Positions 1 through 9,894 of a stretch of DNA of 64,000 nucleotides are shown piece by piece. A program made the translations under genes and the position numbers. Source of the stretch: Candidatus Woesearchaeota archaeon (GTDB lineage Archaea > Nanobdellota > Nanobdellia > Woesearchaeales > ARS49). The notes beneath the pieces were generated by a model. It saw only the letters and a list, made by a program, of their open reading frames with translations. It made no database searches and was not told the origin of the DNA. Every line of letters begins with the position of its first letter. Positions within the stretch are counted from its first letter, which is position 1. The stretch is taken from positions 12,938 through 76,937 of the forward strand of contig WJJS01000001.1 in assembly GCA_014729505.1 (NCBI GenBank), read 5' to 3'.

Positions 1-2013
1 AATAACAAGACGACCAGTGCATTTATTTTCCATAACCTTCTCAGCCCGTAGTAACAATTTCTCAGCAAACAACGGACAATCAATAACAAGACTTTCAAAC
101 TCCCCGCCCTCGCCAGCAACATTAAGACCTCTCTTTTCATGTAACCGCTGCAACTGTTTCACATCATCTCTGGTAATACTCCTGCCAAGCCACGACTCAT
201 CAAGACCATCACCAGCAATAGCAGTAAACCACAACACAAAACCATGATCGAGCAATTCGCGCATCTGCACCTCTTGAGGCTTATGCCACAAAGGAGAAAA
301 CATCTTGAGACCGAGCTCGTCACAAATACGCTCGATACGATCGCGCTGATATGTAGAAAACAAGGCCCCCGTTACGATACCTTGAATACCATACTGCTCT
401 TTTGCCGCACGAATAGTATGTTGCAGATCCAACAATTCCTTTTCCTTTTCACCAATAGTATTACCAATAACAAGAGGCAGACCCATTGATTGAGCCTGAA
501 GTGTTGTCAAATCAATAGTTGGCGTATGAAACATGAACGAATCAGGATTAGATGATTTCATCGTTATCAAACACGTCAACTCATAATTCTGCCTTTTCAT
601 AACATAAGCGGCATACGTACTGTCTTTACCTCCGCTAAATAGAACACCAAGCTTAACATTATGAGAAGGATAGAACTGAAGAAGATATTGTGACTTTAAG
701 AGTCCCTGTCGTTTTGCAAGTTTACCAATCGCATGATCAATTTTTGAACCGTACTGAGCAGCAATTTTCTTACGAGAAGCAAACTCCTCGGGAACACCCC
801 ATTCGCGAGCAATATCTCTTAACAATAACTTAGTAAGATCTCCAGAAATCTTATACTCGCCAGGAACACGCAACACATACTCGACAAGCGAACGATCAAG
901 AAAAGGAAGACGCAATTCAAGATGCAAAGCCATCGTAATAACATCATCACGATATAAATCACGCTCATACATCTTCAACAAACCCCACACACATTCCTTG
1001 TTCACATCCAGAGCCTTTTTATGACGTTCATACCCTGCAAAAATCTCCTCACTACCAAGACCAGAAAAAACAACCTTGCAACCATCCTCTTTAGCCAATT
1101 CACAAGCAAGAAAAAAAGTCAGTGCAACACCAACCTTCACCACATTAGAATCCTCAATAAGAGGAACAATACGAGACAAATACTGTGGAATATCATCTCT
1201 AGCAAGCTCGCGGACTTTAAGAGGTACGTCAAGAGCACGGGCAGCCCTTATAGCAGCATCAAGATCCTTAGCATTCGCATCTTTGATAGCCGCAGTGTAC
1301 AACGTGACTTCATGTCCATGATCCTTGAAATATTTAGCAAGAACAGTGCTATCCAAGCCACCACTAAACAACAATCCAATTTTTTGATGAGGAATTCGCT
1401 TTTTAATAGCCTCATCGAGCAAAGCTGCAGTTCTTGATTTAATACACTCATACGATTCAGTATGTTCGGGAAGATGCGTGACAAAAGAACGTTGTTGCCA
1501 AGAAACCGTATGAGAAGACACCTCAAAGAAAAGCAGTTGGCGAGGAATGAGTTCCTGCACATTTTCATACCCGAGATTCTCGAGCACTTTTTTTTCAGAA
1601 GCAAACGCAAAGACCTCGGTCGTATACACATACCACAATGGTTTGACACCAAACAAATCACGAGCAAGTAATAGTTGACCATCCCTTAGATACGCAAACG
1701 CAAAGACGCCGTCAAGAGAGGAGAGACACTCCTGACCGGACTCGTCGAGTACTCTGAGAAGAGCCTCCGCGTCATTTGCAGCATCAAGAACCAGTTCTTT
1801 CCAATTATAAATCTCACAATTAGCGACAAGCGTTCCACGACCAGACAAGGGCTGAGCAACATGATCAACAACAGCATGCAACGTATGACCAAGACAGCCG
1901 CCAGGCACCGGCTTCAATGCCTGTCCATCACGACCCCTCTCTTTAAGCAAACAAAGCGCTCTGCGTACCTGGGACTCTGCAGACGGGCCAAAAATACCTA
2001 CAATACCACACAT
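1..2013 (-). CDS. asnB: Glutamine-hydrolysing asparagine synthetase (AsnB) fused in-frame to a Dph6-like (MJ0570-family) PP-loop ATPase domain. The 3' end runs off the window start, so the CDS is partial.
   Basis: The minus-strand N-terminus reads MCGIVGIFG (Ntn Cys2). The AsnB PP-loop LFSGGLDSTVLA is near 1340-1375, and GLGSEEIFAGYERH and RDDVITMALHLELRLPFLD motifs follow. The same frame then continues without a stop or an internal start codon into NVKLGVLFSGGKDSTYAA ... VAGEGGEFESLVIDCPLF, which are diphthine-ammonia ligase-like motifs. I found no stop codon down to position 1. The ORF is absent from the supplied track, presumably because its stop lies outside the window. Confidence 0.6.
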   Translation of the reverse strand, partial: MCGIVGIFGPSAESQVRRALCLLKERGRDGQALKPVPGGCLGHTLHAVVDHVAQPLSGRGTLVANCEIYNWKELVLDAANDAEALLRVLDESGQECLSSLDGVFAFAYLRDGQLLLARDLFGVKPLWYVYTTEVFAFASEKKVLENLGYENVQELIPRQLLFFEVSSHTVSWQQRSFVTHLPEHTESYECIKSRTAALLDEAIKKRIPHQKIGLLFSGGLDSTVLAKYFKDHGHEVTLYTAAIKDANAKDLDAAIRAARALDVPLKVRELARDDIPQYLSRIVPLIEDSNVVKVGVALTFFLACELAKEDGCKVVFSGLGSEEIFAGYERHKKALDVNKECVWGLLKMYERDLYRDDVITMALHLELRLPFLDRSLVEYVLRVPGEYKISGDLTKLLLRDIAREWGVPEEFASRKKIAAQYGSKIDHAIGKLAKRQGLLKSQYLLQFYPSHNVKLGVLFSGGKDSTYAAYVMKRQNYELTCLITMKSSNPDSFMFHTPTIDLTTLQAQSMGLPLVIGNTIGEKEKELLDLQHTIRAAKEQYGIQGIVTGALFSTYQRDRIERICDELGLKMFSPLWHKPQEVQMRELLDHGFVLWFTAIAGDGLDESWLGRSITRDDVKQLQRLHEKRGLNVAGEGGEFESLVIDCPLFAEKLLLRAEKVMENKCTGRLVI

Positions 2014-2054
2014 ACCACAAGAACAGAAAAAACGGTTTAAAAAACCTCTGACAA

Positions 2055-3866
2055 TTATAGATTACTGCGCTCAAGAGCAAGATTATGCGCTTTGATATAA
2101 TTCTCAACAAAATGCTTCCAATCCGCAGTCTCGGCGAGCTTTTTTGCACTAATGCGGTTCTCTGTACGTTCATGCTTTGACAAATGAGCAAAATCGTACA
2201 TGACATCAGTGAGTTTTTGAATCGCCAACTCCTCAGATTGTTTACGAGGAATCACAAAAATACCAGGAAAACGACCCTTAGCCTTGTCCTGCACGTACGA
2301 GCCAAAACCGGCCACGTCAGTAGTAACCGCGCTTACCCCAAGAGCACTAGTCTCAAGAGGAGTATAGCCCCAGGGTTCATAAAATGAGGGAAAGATACCG
2401 AGATTTCCGGCATTCAATGATTCTCGATACGTCAAATCCAACAAACCATCCGCACCCGTCAGATAAATCGGGTAGAACACGACCTTTACAGGATCATCCT
2501 CGTCATTAGCAAGACCTTCTTGACCAAGCATTGATAGAATAGGATCGGACTCTTCATGGTACAAATCATGAGTAGCCACCGGCGGTTTTCCCGACTGTTT
2601 TAGGCGACGAATCTTCACTTTCAAATCCTGCAACAAATCCTTATCAAAAATATTCTCCTTAGAAATTTGCTTTCCAGACACCAGCAAGTACGTTAAAGTA
2701 TTGCGTAACTCCTCGCCGAGATCATCAATATCATCCTTAATATCAAAAAAGTGAGAACGATTCTCCAACAATTCTGATTTAATGCTCTTCATACCGGCAG
2801 GAACCCAAAAGAACGTGATGATTGTCTTATTGGTTTTTTCCTTTTTGAGCCTCTCATTAAGACGGCTCAAGGACTTAATCAGCACATCAATACCCTTATC
2901 ATGAAACTCGTACCTTCCAGCGATAAAATAAATCAGCGTGTTTTCCAAATCAAACTCGTAATAAGGAAAAAAATAGTACATAAGAAACGTATGAATGCGT
3001 TGCTTAAAGATACGATGACGCACAGCAGATTCATCAAGAGTGGGAAACTTCGCAAAATCAAGACCATTTGTCACAATCACGTCGGGTTTTCTACCCAAAA
3101 ACTTCTCAGCCTCGGCACCAGTAATCGCACTAACAGTCGTAAACACATCAGCCTCACGAGCACAAATACGCTCCATCTGCACCTTTGCCCACAAGCCAGG
3201 ACCATGACGCTGCGCTTCACTTGGAGAAATAGAATCAAGCTGGTAAATATCCACTTTATTTGTTGCAAGAGTCCTGCCAAGCATAGTAGCATGAGTGGTG
3301 AATACGGATCCAAGAGGGACATTTCTGTCTTTACAATAGAGTAAAGCCGCACCAGACATCCATTCATGAGTATGCAACACTGTTTTTTTGTTGAAGATAC
3401 CGGTCAATTCCTCAACAACACGACCAACCGCCCAGGCCCACACGACAGGCTCATCAAAATCGTGATACTGCGTCGACAAAGAATCAAGCTTGAAACGCTC
3501 CCATAACAAGGTTTTTATCTCATTATTCTTATACTGGAAATCAGTATAATCAACAAGCATAACCTTAGGGGTGCCCTTAATCAACCATTGACCAGTATGC
3601 ACTTCAATGCCGACTTGTTTTAACCGTTCAAAGCAATCTTTGCACTGTTCGGGTACGGGGGTCTCCTCAAAAATACCGCGCAATTTATCAGGAAAATACG
3701 GTCCGATAAGGTAATAATTCTCATAATTCTCCTGCATAGAAGGAGCTTTAGACGTGACAACAGTGTAGATACCGCCAACTTTATTGCACACTTCCCACGA
3801 CACTTCAAAGAGAAGATCAGCACGAGGATCCATACGCTCATTCACGACTGCCGCGTATATAAACAT
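2055..3866 (-). CDS. Glycogen synthase, eukaryote-type glycosyltransferase family GT3
   Basis: The N-terminal motif FEVSWEVCNKVGGIYTVVTSKAP...YYLIGPYF matches the GT3 glycogen synthase signature EVAWEVANKVGGIYTV. The protein is 603 aa. Confidence 0.75.
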   Translation of the reverse strand: MFIYAAVVNERMDPRADLLFEVSWEVCNKVGGIYTVVTSKAPSMQENYENYYLIGPYFPDKLRGIFEETPVPEQCKDCFERLKQVGIEVHTGQWLIKGTPKVMLVDYTDFQYKNNEIKTLLWERFKLDSLSTQYHDFDEPVVWAWAVGRVVEELTGIFNKKTVLHTHEWMSGAALLYCKDRNVPLGSVFTTHATMLGRTLATNKVDIYQLDSISPSEAQRHGPGLWAKVQMERICAREADVFTTVSAITGAEAEKFLGRKPDVIVTNGLDFAKFPTLDESAVRHRIFKQRIHTFLMYYFFPYYEFDLENTLIYFIAGRYEFHDKGIDVLIKSLSRLNERLKKEKTNKTIITFFWVPAGMKSIKSELLENRSHFFDIKDDIDDLGEELRNTLTYLLVSGKQISKENIFDKDLLQDLKVKIRRLKQSGKPPVATHDLYHEESDPILSMLGQEGLANDEDDPVKVVFYPIYLTGADGLLDLTYRESLNAGNLGIFPSFYEPWGYTPLETSALGVSAVTTDVAGFGSYVQDKAKGRFPGIFVIPRKQSEELAIQKLTDVMYDFAHLSKHERTENRISAKKLAETADWKHFVENYIKAHNLALERSNL

Positions 3867-3928
3867 TTAACACTCTTTATGAGTAATAAAATATTTCTGA
3901 ACATCTTTTTGTTCATCCAAGCATCTGT

Positions 3929-6550
3929 TCAGTATTTCCTGAACAGCTTCACGATTTCGCCGAAAATCAAAACACTGGACGCTACAGCAGCAGCAATCAT
4001 CCAATCCATAAATGAAAGCGGAATCGTCTCAAAAAGAGTATTGAAAATACCAAGATGCACACTTGCAATTTGCAAACCAAAACTGAGCAACACCGCACCA
4101 ATCAACCATTTGTTAGACCATAACCCTACCGTAAAAATTGATTTCGTCTCAGAACGCTGATTAAGCACGTTAAACAACTGGAAAAGAACCAAGGTAGTAA
4201 AAGCCATCGTTTGCGCATATGTTTTATTCACCTCAGGCTCGTACCATTCAAACACAAAAAGAGTGCCAGCCATCATCAAAAGGCCAATAAACAACATAAG
4301 ACCTGCCCTGCTCTTGTTAACAATCTTTTCATCAATATCGCGAGGCTTTCGCTCCATAACTCCCGGTTCTTTAGGATCAACACTTAAACTCGTCGCAGGC
4401 AATAAATCAGTGGCAAGATTAATCCACAAAATCTGTCTTGCAGTTAACGGATCAATAAGGCCGAGAAGCGTTGCCACAAAAATAGTCAAAATCTCGCCGA
4501 CATTGCTTGATAACAAGTATATGACAAACTTCTTGATGTTATCATAAATAACGCGACCTTCTTCAACTGCACGAACAATAGTTGCAAAATTATCATCGGC
4601 AAGAATCATATCGCTGGCCTGACGAGAAACATCAGTACCAGTGATACCCATTGCAATGCCAAGATCAGCCTTCTTTAAAGCAGGAGCATCATTAGCACCG
4701 TCACCCGTCATAGCAACAATATGCCTGTTCTTACGCAGTGCATCGACAATATGCAGTTTATCCTCTGGATTAACACGGGCATAAATACTAATCTTTTCAA
4801 CATCACGCGAAAGATTGATAGACTCAAGCTCTACACCCTCAATAGCCCTGCCCTCAAGACCAATCTGTTTACCAATCGCTTTAGCAGTACCGAGATGATC
4901 GCCAGTAATCATCACCACCTTGATACCTGCAGCATTGCACGTCTTAATTGCTTTTTTAACCTCCTCTCGAGGAGGGTCAATCATGCCCTGCAACCCAATA
5001 AAGATCATGCTCTTTTCAATATCATCATGACTCAATTCATCCTTGAACTCCTTATAACAAAAACCAAGAACGCGCAAAGCCTGACTGGTAAATTCATCAT
5101 TTGTTTCAAGAATATGATCCCGATCCTCTTTAGTCAGCCGACGAACCTTTCCATCAACCAACATATGAGTACAAAAACCAAGCACCACTTCAGGAGCGCC
5201 CTTCGTATACGCCGTCTTCTTACCTTCAAAAGTGGAATGAATCGTCGTCATACACTTGCGTTCAGAACTAAAATCGATTTCATCAACGCGCGTATTATCA
5301 GAACGCACCTTGTCAAGATCAATACCTGACTTTGCTGCACTGACCAATAAAGCACCTTCAGTAGGGTCACCGACAATACTATGACGGCCCTGCTCCACAT
5401 CAAGCTGGGCATTATTGTTCAACACTCCTGCACGCAATAACGTATCAAGAGAGGATGTCTCTTTGGAAAAATCACCCTTTGGTTCATAACCAGAACCAGT
5501 TACCTGAACCACCTGTCCATCAACATACAGTTTTTTAACAGTCATCTCGTTATGCGTCAGCGTACCCGTTTTATCGGTACAAATCACCGTACACGCGCCC
5601 AGCGTTTCAACACTTGGAAGCTTGCGCATCAACGCCTTCTTCTTAGCCATGCGCTGCACGCCAAGAGCAAAAGCAATAGTAACCACTGCAGGCAAACCCT
5701 CAGGAATAGCAGCGACTGCAAGGGCAACAGCCTTTTCAAACACTTCAAGAAGATTTTTACCCAACAACACATCAACGCCAATCATCACCATAGCGATCAA
5801 GACCACCGCAGCAGTAAGCTGATATGCCAGTTTCTTGAGATCCTTTTGTATCGGCGTGGGCTCGCTTTTTGTCTTTTTGAGCATAGTTGCAATCTTACCG
5901 ATCTCAGTACGCATGCCAGTAGAAGTGACAACCGCCTTGCCGTGACCGGCAGTAACTGTCGTGCCAGAAAACACCATATTCTTCTGATCACCAATAGACA
6001 AACGATCAGCAATTCTCTTCACATCCTTTTTAACAGGAACAGATTCCCCGGTCAAAGCCGCTTCCTGCGTTTGCACATTCACCGCATCAATAAGACGAGC
6101 ATCTGCAGGCACAATATTACCTGTCTCCAGCACAATAATATCGCCCTTCACCACTTCTTCAGCAGGAATTTCGCGCCGACGACCATCACGAATAACAATG
6201 GCCTTAGGACTCACCATCTTACGCAATGCTTCAATAGATTCCTCGGCCTTATACTCCTGCCAAAAACCAAACAACGCATTAGCAATAACAACAATTGTAA
6301 TAACGTAAAAATCAATAAACTCTTGTAAAAACAAAGAAATACCCATCGCTGCCAAGAGAATCCAGACAAGAGGACTTGTAAACTGATGCAAGAAGATCAC
6401 AAACGGACTTATCTTCTTTTCACGCTCAAGAGCATTTTTACCAAACTTTTGCAAACGCTCCTTAGCCTGAGATTGTGATAATCCTTCCTTAGAAGAAGCA
6501 ACCTTATCAAATACCTTCTCCAAAGGCAGTTGATACCACTCTTTTTCCAT
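3929..6550 (-). CDS. P-type cation-transporting ATPase (P2/Ca2+-type-like)
   Basis: Motifs [24 protein letters not shown] and [21 protein letters not shown] are present. The protein is 873 aa with multiple transmembrane segments. Confidence 0.9.
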   Translation of the reverse strand: MEKEWYQLPLEKVFDKVASSKEGLSQSQAKERLQKFGKNALEREKKISPFVIFLHQFTSPLVWILLAAMGISLFLQEFIDFYVITIVVIANALFGFWQEYKAEESIEALRKMVSPKAIVIRDGRRREIPAEEVVKGDIIVLETGNIVPADARLIDAVNVQTQEAALTGESVPVKKDVKRIADRLSIGDQKNMVFSGTTVTAGHGKAVVTSTGMRTEIGKIATMLKKTKSEPTPIQKDLKKLAYQLTAAVVLIAMVMIGVDVLLGKNLLEVFEKAVALAVAAIPEGLPAVVTIAFALGVQRMAKKKALMRKLPSVETLGACTVICTDKTGTLTHNEMTVKKLYVDGQVVQVTGSGYEPKGDFSKETSSLDTLLRAGVLNNNAQLDVEQGRHSIVGDPTEGALLVSAAKSGIDLDKVRSDNTRVDEIDFSSERKCMTTIHSTFEGKKTAYTKGAPEVVLGFCTHMLVDGKVRRLTKEDRDHILETNDEFTSQALRVLGFCYKEFKDELSHDDIEKSMIFIGLQGMIDPPREEVKKAIKTCNAAGIKVVMITGDHLGTAKAIGKQIGLEGRAIEGVELESINLSRDVEKISIYARVNPEDKLHIVDALRKNRHIVAMTGDGANDAPALKKADLGIAMGITGTDVSRQASDMILADDNFATIVRAVEEGRVIYDNIKKFVIYLLSSNVGEILTIFVATLLGLIDPLTARQILWINLATDLLPATSLSVDPKEPGVMERKPRDIDEKIVNKSRAGLMLFIGLLMMAGTLFVFEWYEPEVNKTYAQTMAFTTLVLFQLFNVLNQRSETKSIFTVGLWSNKWLIGAVLLSFGLQIASVHLGIFNTLFETIPLSFMDWMIAAAVASSVLIFGEIVKLFRKY

Positions 6551-6648
6551 ATCCTGATGTACGCGCTAATAATTATATAATAGTTTCTATACCTGCTCTG
6601 GCAGACGACAAAAAATTTATATGCGTTGCACGTAACCGTCTAATAAAA

Positions 6649-7491
6649 ATGGTGAATGCAAGCGACCTGCTCACAACAACATACGTAACCTGTGATGTAA
6701 ACGACAGAATCTCCTCATTATTAGGAAAAATGAAACGAGCACAGGAAGGAGCTGCAGTCGTAACAAAAAAAGGAAACTATCTTGGCATTGTACATCGCAG
6801 TGCATTTCTCGTCTCGCGAGCGCATGCCAGCGATACAAAAGTAGCAAATATTTACCAACGCCGAAGCAAAGCAAAATCAAACTTTTTTGTACCAACATTA
6901 TCACGCACTTCTTCACTGCCAGTCATGTGCAAACGCATGCTGCAAAGCAATTCACGCATGCTGCCCGTCATGGAAAAAGACCGACTAATAGGAGTAGTTA
7001 AAGATATGGAGTTACTTAAGGCGATAGCTCCAGATTTCTCATCAATACCTGCATTTGAACTGGCAAGCACAGATTCAATAACGGTGAGAGAAAACAACGT
7101 TATTTATGCGGCCATGACTGCTATGAAAAAACACAAGATCGGACACATTCCTGTAGTGGATAAGAACGGAAAACTGTTAGGAATCCTCAGCGGTTATGAT
7201 TATCTGGAAATGCACTTACACTCACGATCACGAATGCATCAGTCACGCAAAGGAACACATTCTGACTACAAAAACCGAGGATTTGATACGGGCGAAAAAA
7301 TAAGTCTTGGAGACTTACCAGTACGAGATTTTATGAGCGAAAAAGTAATCACTGCAACGCCGCGCACAACAATCGCACAATGCATACAACTCATGATAGA
7401 CAATAATGCGCACAGCATTGTTCTCACACGATACGACAAGCCAGTAGGAGTACTTACCTGTCACGATATATTTATTCACGCCGCTCAATAG
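6649..7491 (+). CDS. CBS-domain pair protein
   Basis: Repeated CBS-like segments are present, for example GHIPVVDKNGKLLGILSGYD. A TATA-like AT-rich stretch lies upstream at about 6600-6640. Confidence 0.65.
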   Translation: MVNASDLLTTTYVTCDVNDRISSLLGKMKRAQEGAAVVTKKGNYLGIVHRSAFLVSRAHASDTKVANIYQRRSKAKSNFFVPTLSRTSSLPVMCKRMLQSNSRMLPVMEKDRLIGVVKDMELLKAIAPDFSSIPAFELASTDSITVRENNVIYAAMTAMKKHKIGHIPVVDKNGKLLGILSGYDYLEMHLHSRSRMHQSRKGTHSDYKNRGFDTGEKISLGDLPVRDFMSEKVITATPRTTIAQCIQLMIDNNAHSIVLTRYDKPVGVLTCHDIFIHAAQ

Positions 7492-8320
7492 AAACGCCGG
7501 GAGTAAGAAGTTCCCGCGTAGATAAAGGACAGACAAACGAGGGCAACACTGGTTCTCCAGTACTTCGATTTTCAATTGTCGCGTCATGTCGTGATTGATC
7601 TCTTGAAAGAATGGCTCCGCGTGTTGCACGAAAATGAGTATACAAACGCGCAGCAAGTTCTTGCTCTGTAGGACCAACAATAGTATATTGTTGTCCATTG
7701 GACAATAAATGAACCTGCAACGGCATCTTATACGGCAAAACCAGTTCAGGACCATGAGCACTATTATCAAGATCCTGAGCAGACGCTGCAGAACCATTAG
7801 GATGCGAATGCCAGGTCAGTACATACTCGTGATTCGTTTGAGGACGACCATACGTGTGAGGCAAAATATGTTGACGAGCAACATGTTCAAGAACCTTACA
7901 ATCATCATCACTCCATTCATTTTTTGAAAGCAAAGGACGCGCTTTATCAATCGCTTCTACAACGCCAGTATTACCGGTACGCACGTGCACCCGGCGGGCG
8001 CGAGCAAACAGGCTCTTCATATTGTCAAGATGCTGTGCAGAACCCTCACGTAATTCATTGACATACTCGATCAAGTCAAGAAATTCATTACGCAAAGGAA
8101 CAACAATATAGCGTCCGTTACTCTCGCGGACAATACCGCCAGTTTCATACCCTTGTGTCAACTCGTGATTAGTCTGACTAAGCAAATCACTGCGTGTTTG
8201 ACTGTCCTCAAGCATTTGCATAACGCGAGGACGAATCTCGTCAAGAGAAATGGTGTGCTCGGGCGCGGTACAACCCGCAAGACCGGCCAGTACTATTGTT
8301 GCTAAACGTCGTCCACTCAT
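7472..8320 (-). CDS. Hypothetical lipoprotein with a lipobox and a possible JAMM-like HxH...S..D patch
   Basis: The N-terminus is MSGRRLATIVLAGLAGCTAP (lipobox LAGC). The internal WHSHPNGSAASAQD stretch resembles a metal-binding HxH motif but is imperfect. Confidence 0.45.
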   Translation of the reverse strand: MSGRRLATIVLAGLAGCTAPEHTISLDEIRPRVMQMLEDSQTRSDLLSQTNHELTQGYETGGIVRESNGRYIVVPLRNEFLDLIEYVNELREGSAQHLDNMKSLFARARRVHVRTGNTGVVEAIDKARPLLSKNEWSDDDCKVLEHVARQHILPHTYGRPQTNHEYVLTWHSHPNGSAASAQDLDNSAHGPELVLPYKMPLQVHLLSNGQQYTIVGPTEQELAARLYTHFRATRGAILSRDQSRHDATIENRSTGEPVLPSFVCPLSTRELLTPGVSIERRE

Positions 8321-8344
8321 AAAATATATATTGGGAAATATATG

Positions 8345-9133
8345 TTATAAAGGTTTCGGTGATTGGCGATACTGATAATAGAGTATTGCGCTGCCCGCGA
8401 TACACATAACGATATTGAACACCTGACCCAAGGTCAAACCAAGCAGACTTGGTTCGCCCACACGCAAAAACTCAGTACAAAAGCGAAACACTGCATATAA
8501 AATGAGCCAGATCGCAAGAAGACTTCCCGGACGAAGACCGCGATCACGCAAAAGCCACAGCACTACAAAAATAACAACATTATACGCGACTTCATACAAC
8601 TGGTTTGGATGACGAAACACCAATTGACCAAAAGCGTCAGTTTCACCACCAAAATTAACACCCCAGGGAAGCGACGTGACACGACCAAACAGTTCGCCAT
8701 TAATGAAATTACCCATCCTGCCAAAGGCTTGCCCAAGGGAAAGCGGCACAATCAAAAGATCGCCAAGCGAGAGCAACGATAAGCCAAAACGACGAGCAAG
8801 AATATACGCAGTAATAATCATCGCTACAAGAGAACCATGAAAACTAAGACCACCCTTCCAAATAGCAAGAATTTCAACAGGATGAGCAAAATAATAACCG
8901 GGCTGCCAAAACAGAACCTCAAACAGCCGCGCTCCAATAATCAACGCAACAACAAGCCAGACCATGAGCGAGTCCAACTGCTCAAGAGTAAGCGCAGTCT
9001 TTTCTTGACGAATACGACGACGAACATACCAGTACGCAAACAAAAAGGCCAAGACGTACATCACGCCATACCAATGAATCCTCAAAGGGCCAATACTAAT
9101 GAGGACCGGATCAATCGTGTGAATCCATACCAT
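8345..9133 (-). CDS. lgt: Prolipoprotein diacylglyceryl transferase
   Basis: ISIGPLRIHWYGVMYVLAF ... GRMGNFINGELFG matches the Lgt signature region. It is a polytopic membrane protein of 262 aa. Confidence 0.75.
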   Translation of the reverse strand: MVWIHTIDPVLISIGPLRIHWYGVMYVLAFLFAYWYVRRRIRQEKTALTLEQLDSLMVWLVVALIIGARLFEVLFWQPGYYFAHPVEILAIWKGGLSFHGSLVAMIITAYILARRFGLSLLSLGDLLIVPLSLGQAFGRMGNFINGELFGRVTSLPWGVNFGGETDAFGQLVFRHPNQLYEVAYNVVIFVVLWLLRDRGLRPGSLLAIWLILYAVFRFCTEFLRVGEPSLLGLTLGQVFNIVMCIAGSAILYYQYRQSPKPL

Positions 9134-9893
9134 ATGTAGCTAATGAAAAAAGACGAATAAATGATAAGAGCGGAAACAGCGCAAGACCAACAACAAATCC
9201 TGCAAAAGGACTTAACAGATTGACGCTATAGATAATGACCTGAGCGAAAGCAAGACTGCCGGCAATCACGACCATCATAGGAACAAAGAGTTTCCAACGT
9301 CGAAGCCCGAGACGAAACGCGTAACGCACATTCAAGGAACCATACGAAATAAGAGCGAAATACACAAGAGCGACAAGCAAGATATAGAACGGAATAAAAG
9401 GCCATACAGGTTTTGTCGTCGAAGTAAGCGATGCAATAAGAGTGTAGCGCAAATCAACATAGAGCAAAGCAAAAAACAACACAAGACCGGAGATAAACCA
9501 TGGCAGATTTACCAAAAAGAAACGAAGAAAAAACCTCTTGACTTCATACATAAGCAAGCGTCTAGACAAATGCCACGCCAAACCCTGAAGAACACCATAC
9601 ACGACGTAAGCAATCAAACCCGCAAGCAGCGTATATAGCACAAACCGCAGTACAAGAGGTTGCAAAGTGCTATGAGACACTAACGTCCACACACTAAACG
9701 AGTCAAGCTGTTGCAACACTTGACCGATACCAGTAGTCAGCGTAAAGGACAATTCCAGTAAACGATCAACAACAGGAGCAGTAGCAAAACCTAGCACAAA
9801 AAGAAAAGAGACATCAATAAGACCAAGAGCAAGCACCACTAACACATTGTTTTTCATCACTCGTGCAGTATAGTAAATACTCTTTTGTAACAT
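9111..9893 (-). CDS. Hypothetical polytopic membrane protein
   Basis: 260 aa and hydrophobic throughout. It is co-directional with lgt and overlaps it by 23 nt. Confidence 0.45.
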   Translation of the reverse strand: MLQKSIYYTARVMKNNVLVVLALGLIDVSFLFVLGFATAPVVDRLLELSFTLTTGIGQVLQQLDSFSVWTLVSHSTLQPLVLRFVLYTLLAGLIAYVVYGVLQGLAWHLSRRLLMYEVKRFFLRFFLVNLPWFISGLVLFFALLYVDLRYTLIASLTSTTKPVWPFIPFYILLVALVYFALISYGSLNVRYAFRLGLRRWKLFVPMMVVIAGSLAFAQVIIYSVNLLSPFAGFVVGLALFPLLSFIRLFSLATYGMDSHD

Positions 9894-9894
9894 A

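Noticed and set aside
5552-6328. 258-aa + strand ORF
   Set aside because: It is antisense to the P-type ATPase and its composition is a mirror of the real gene.
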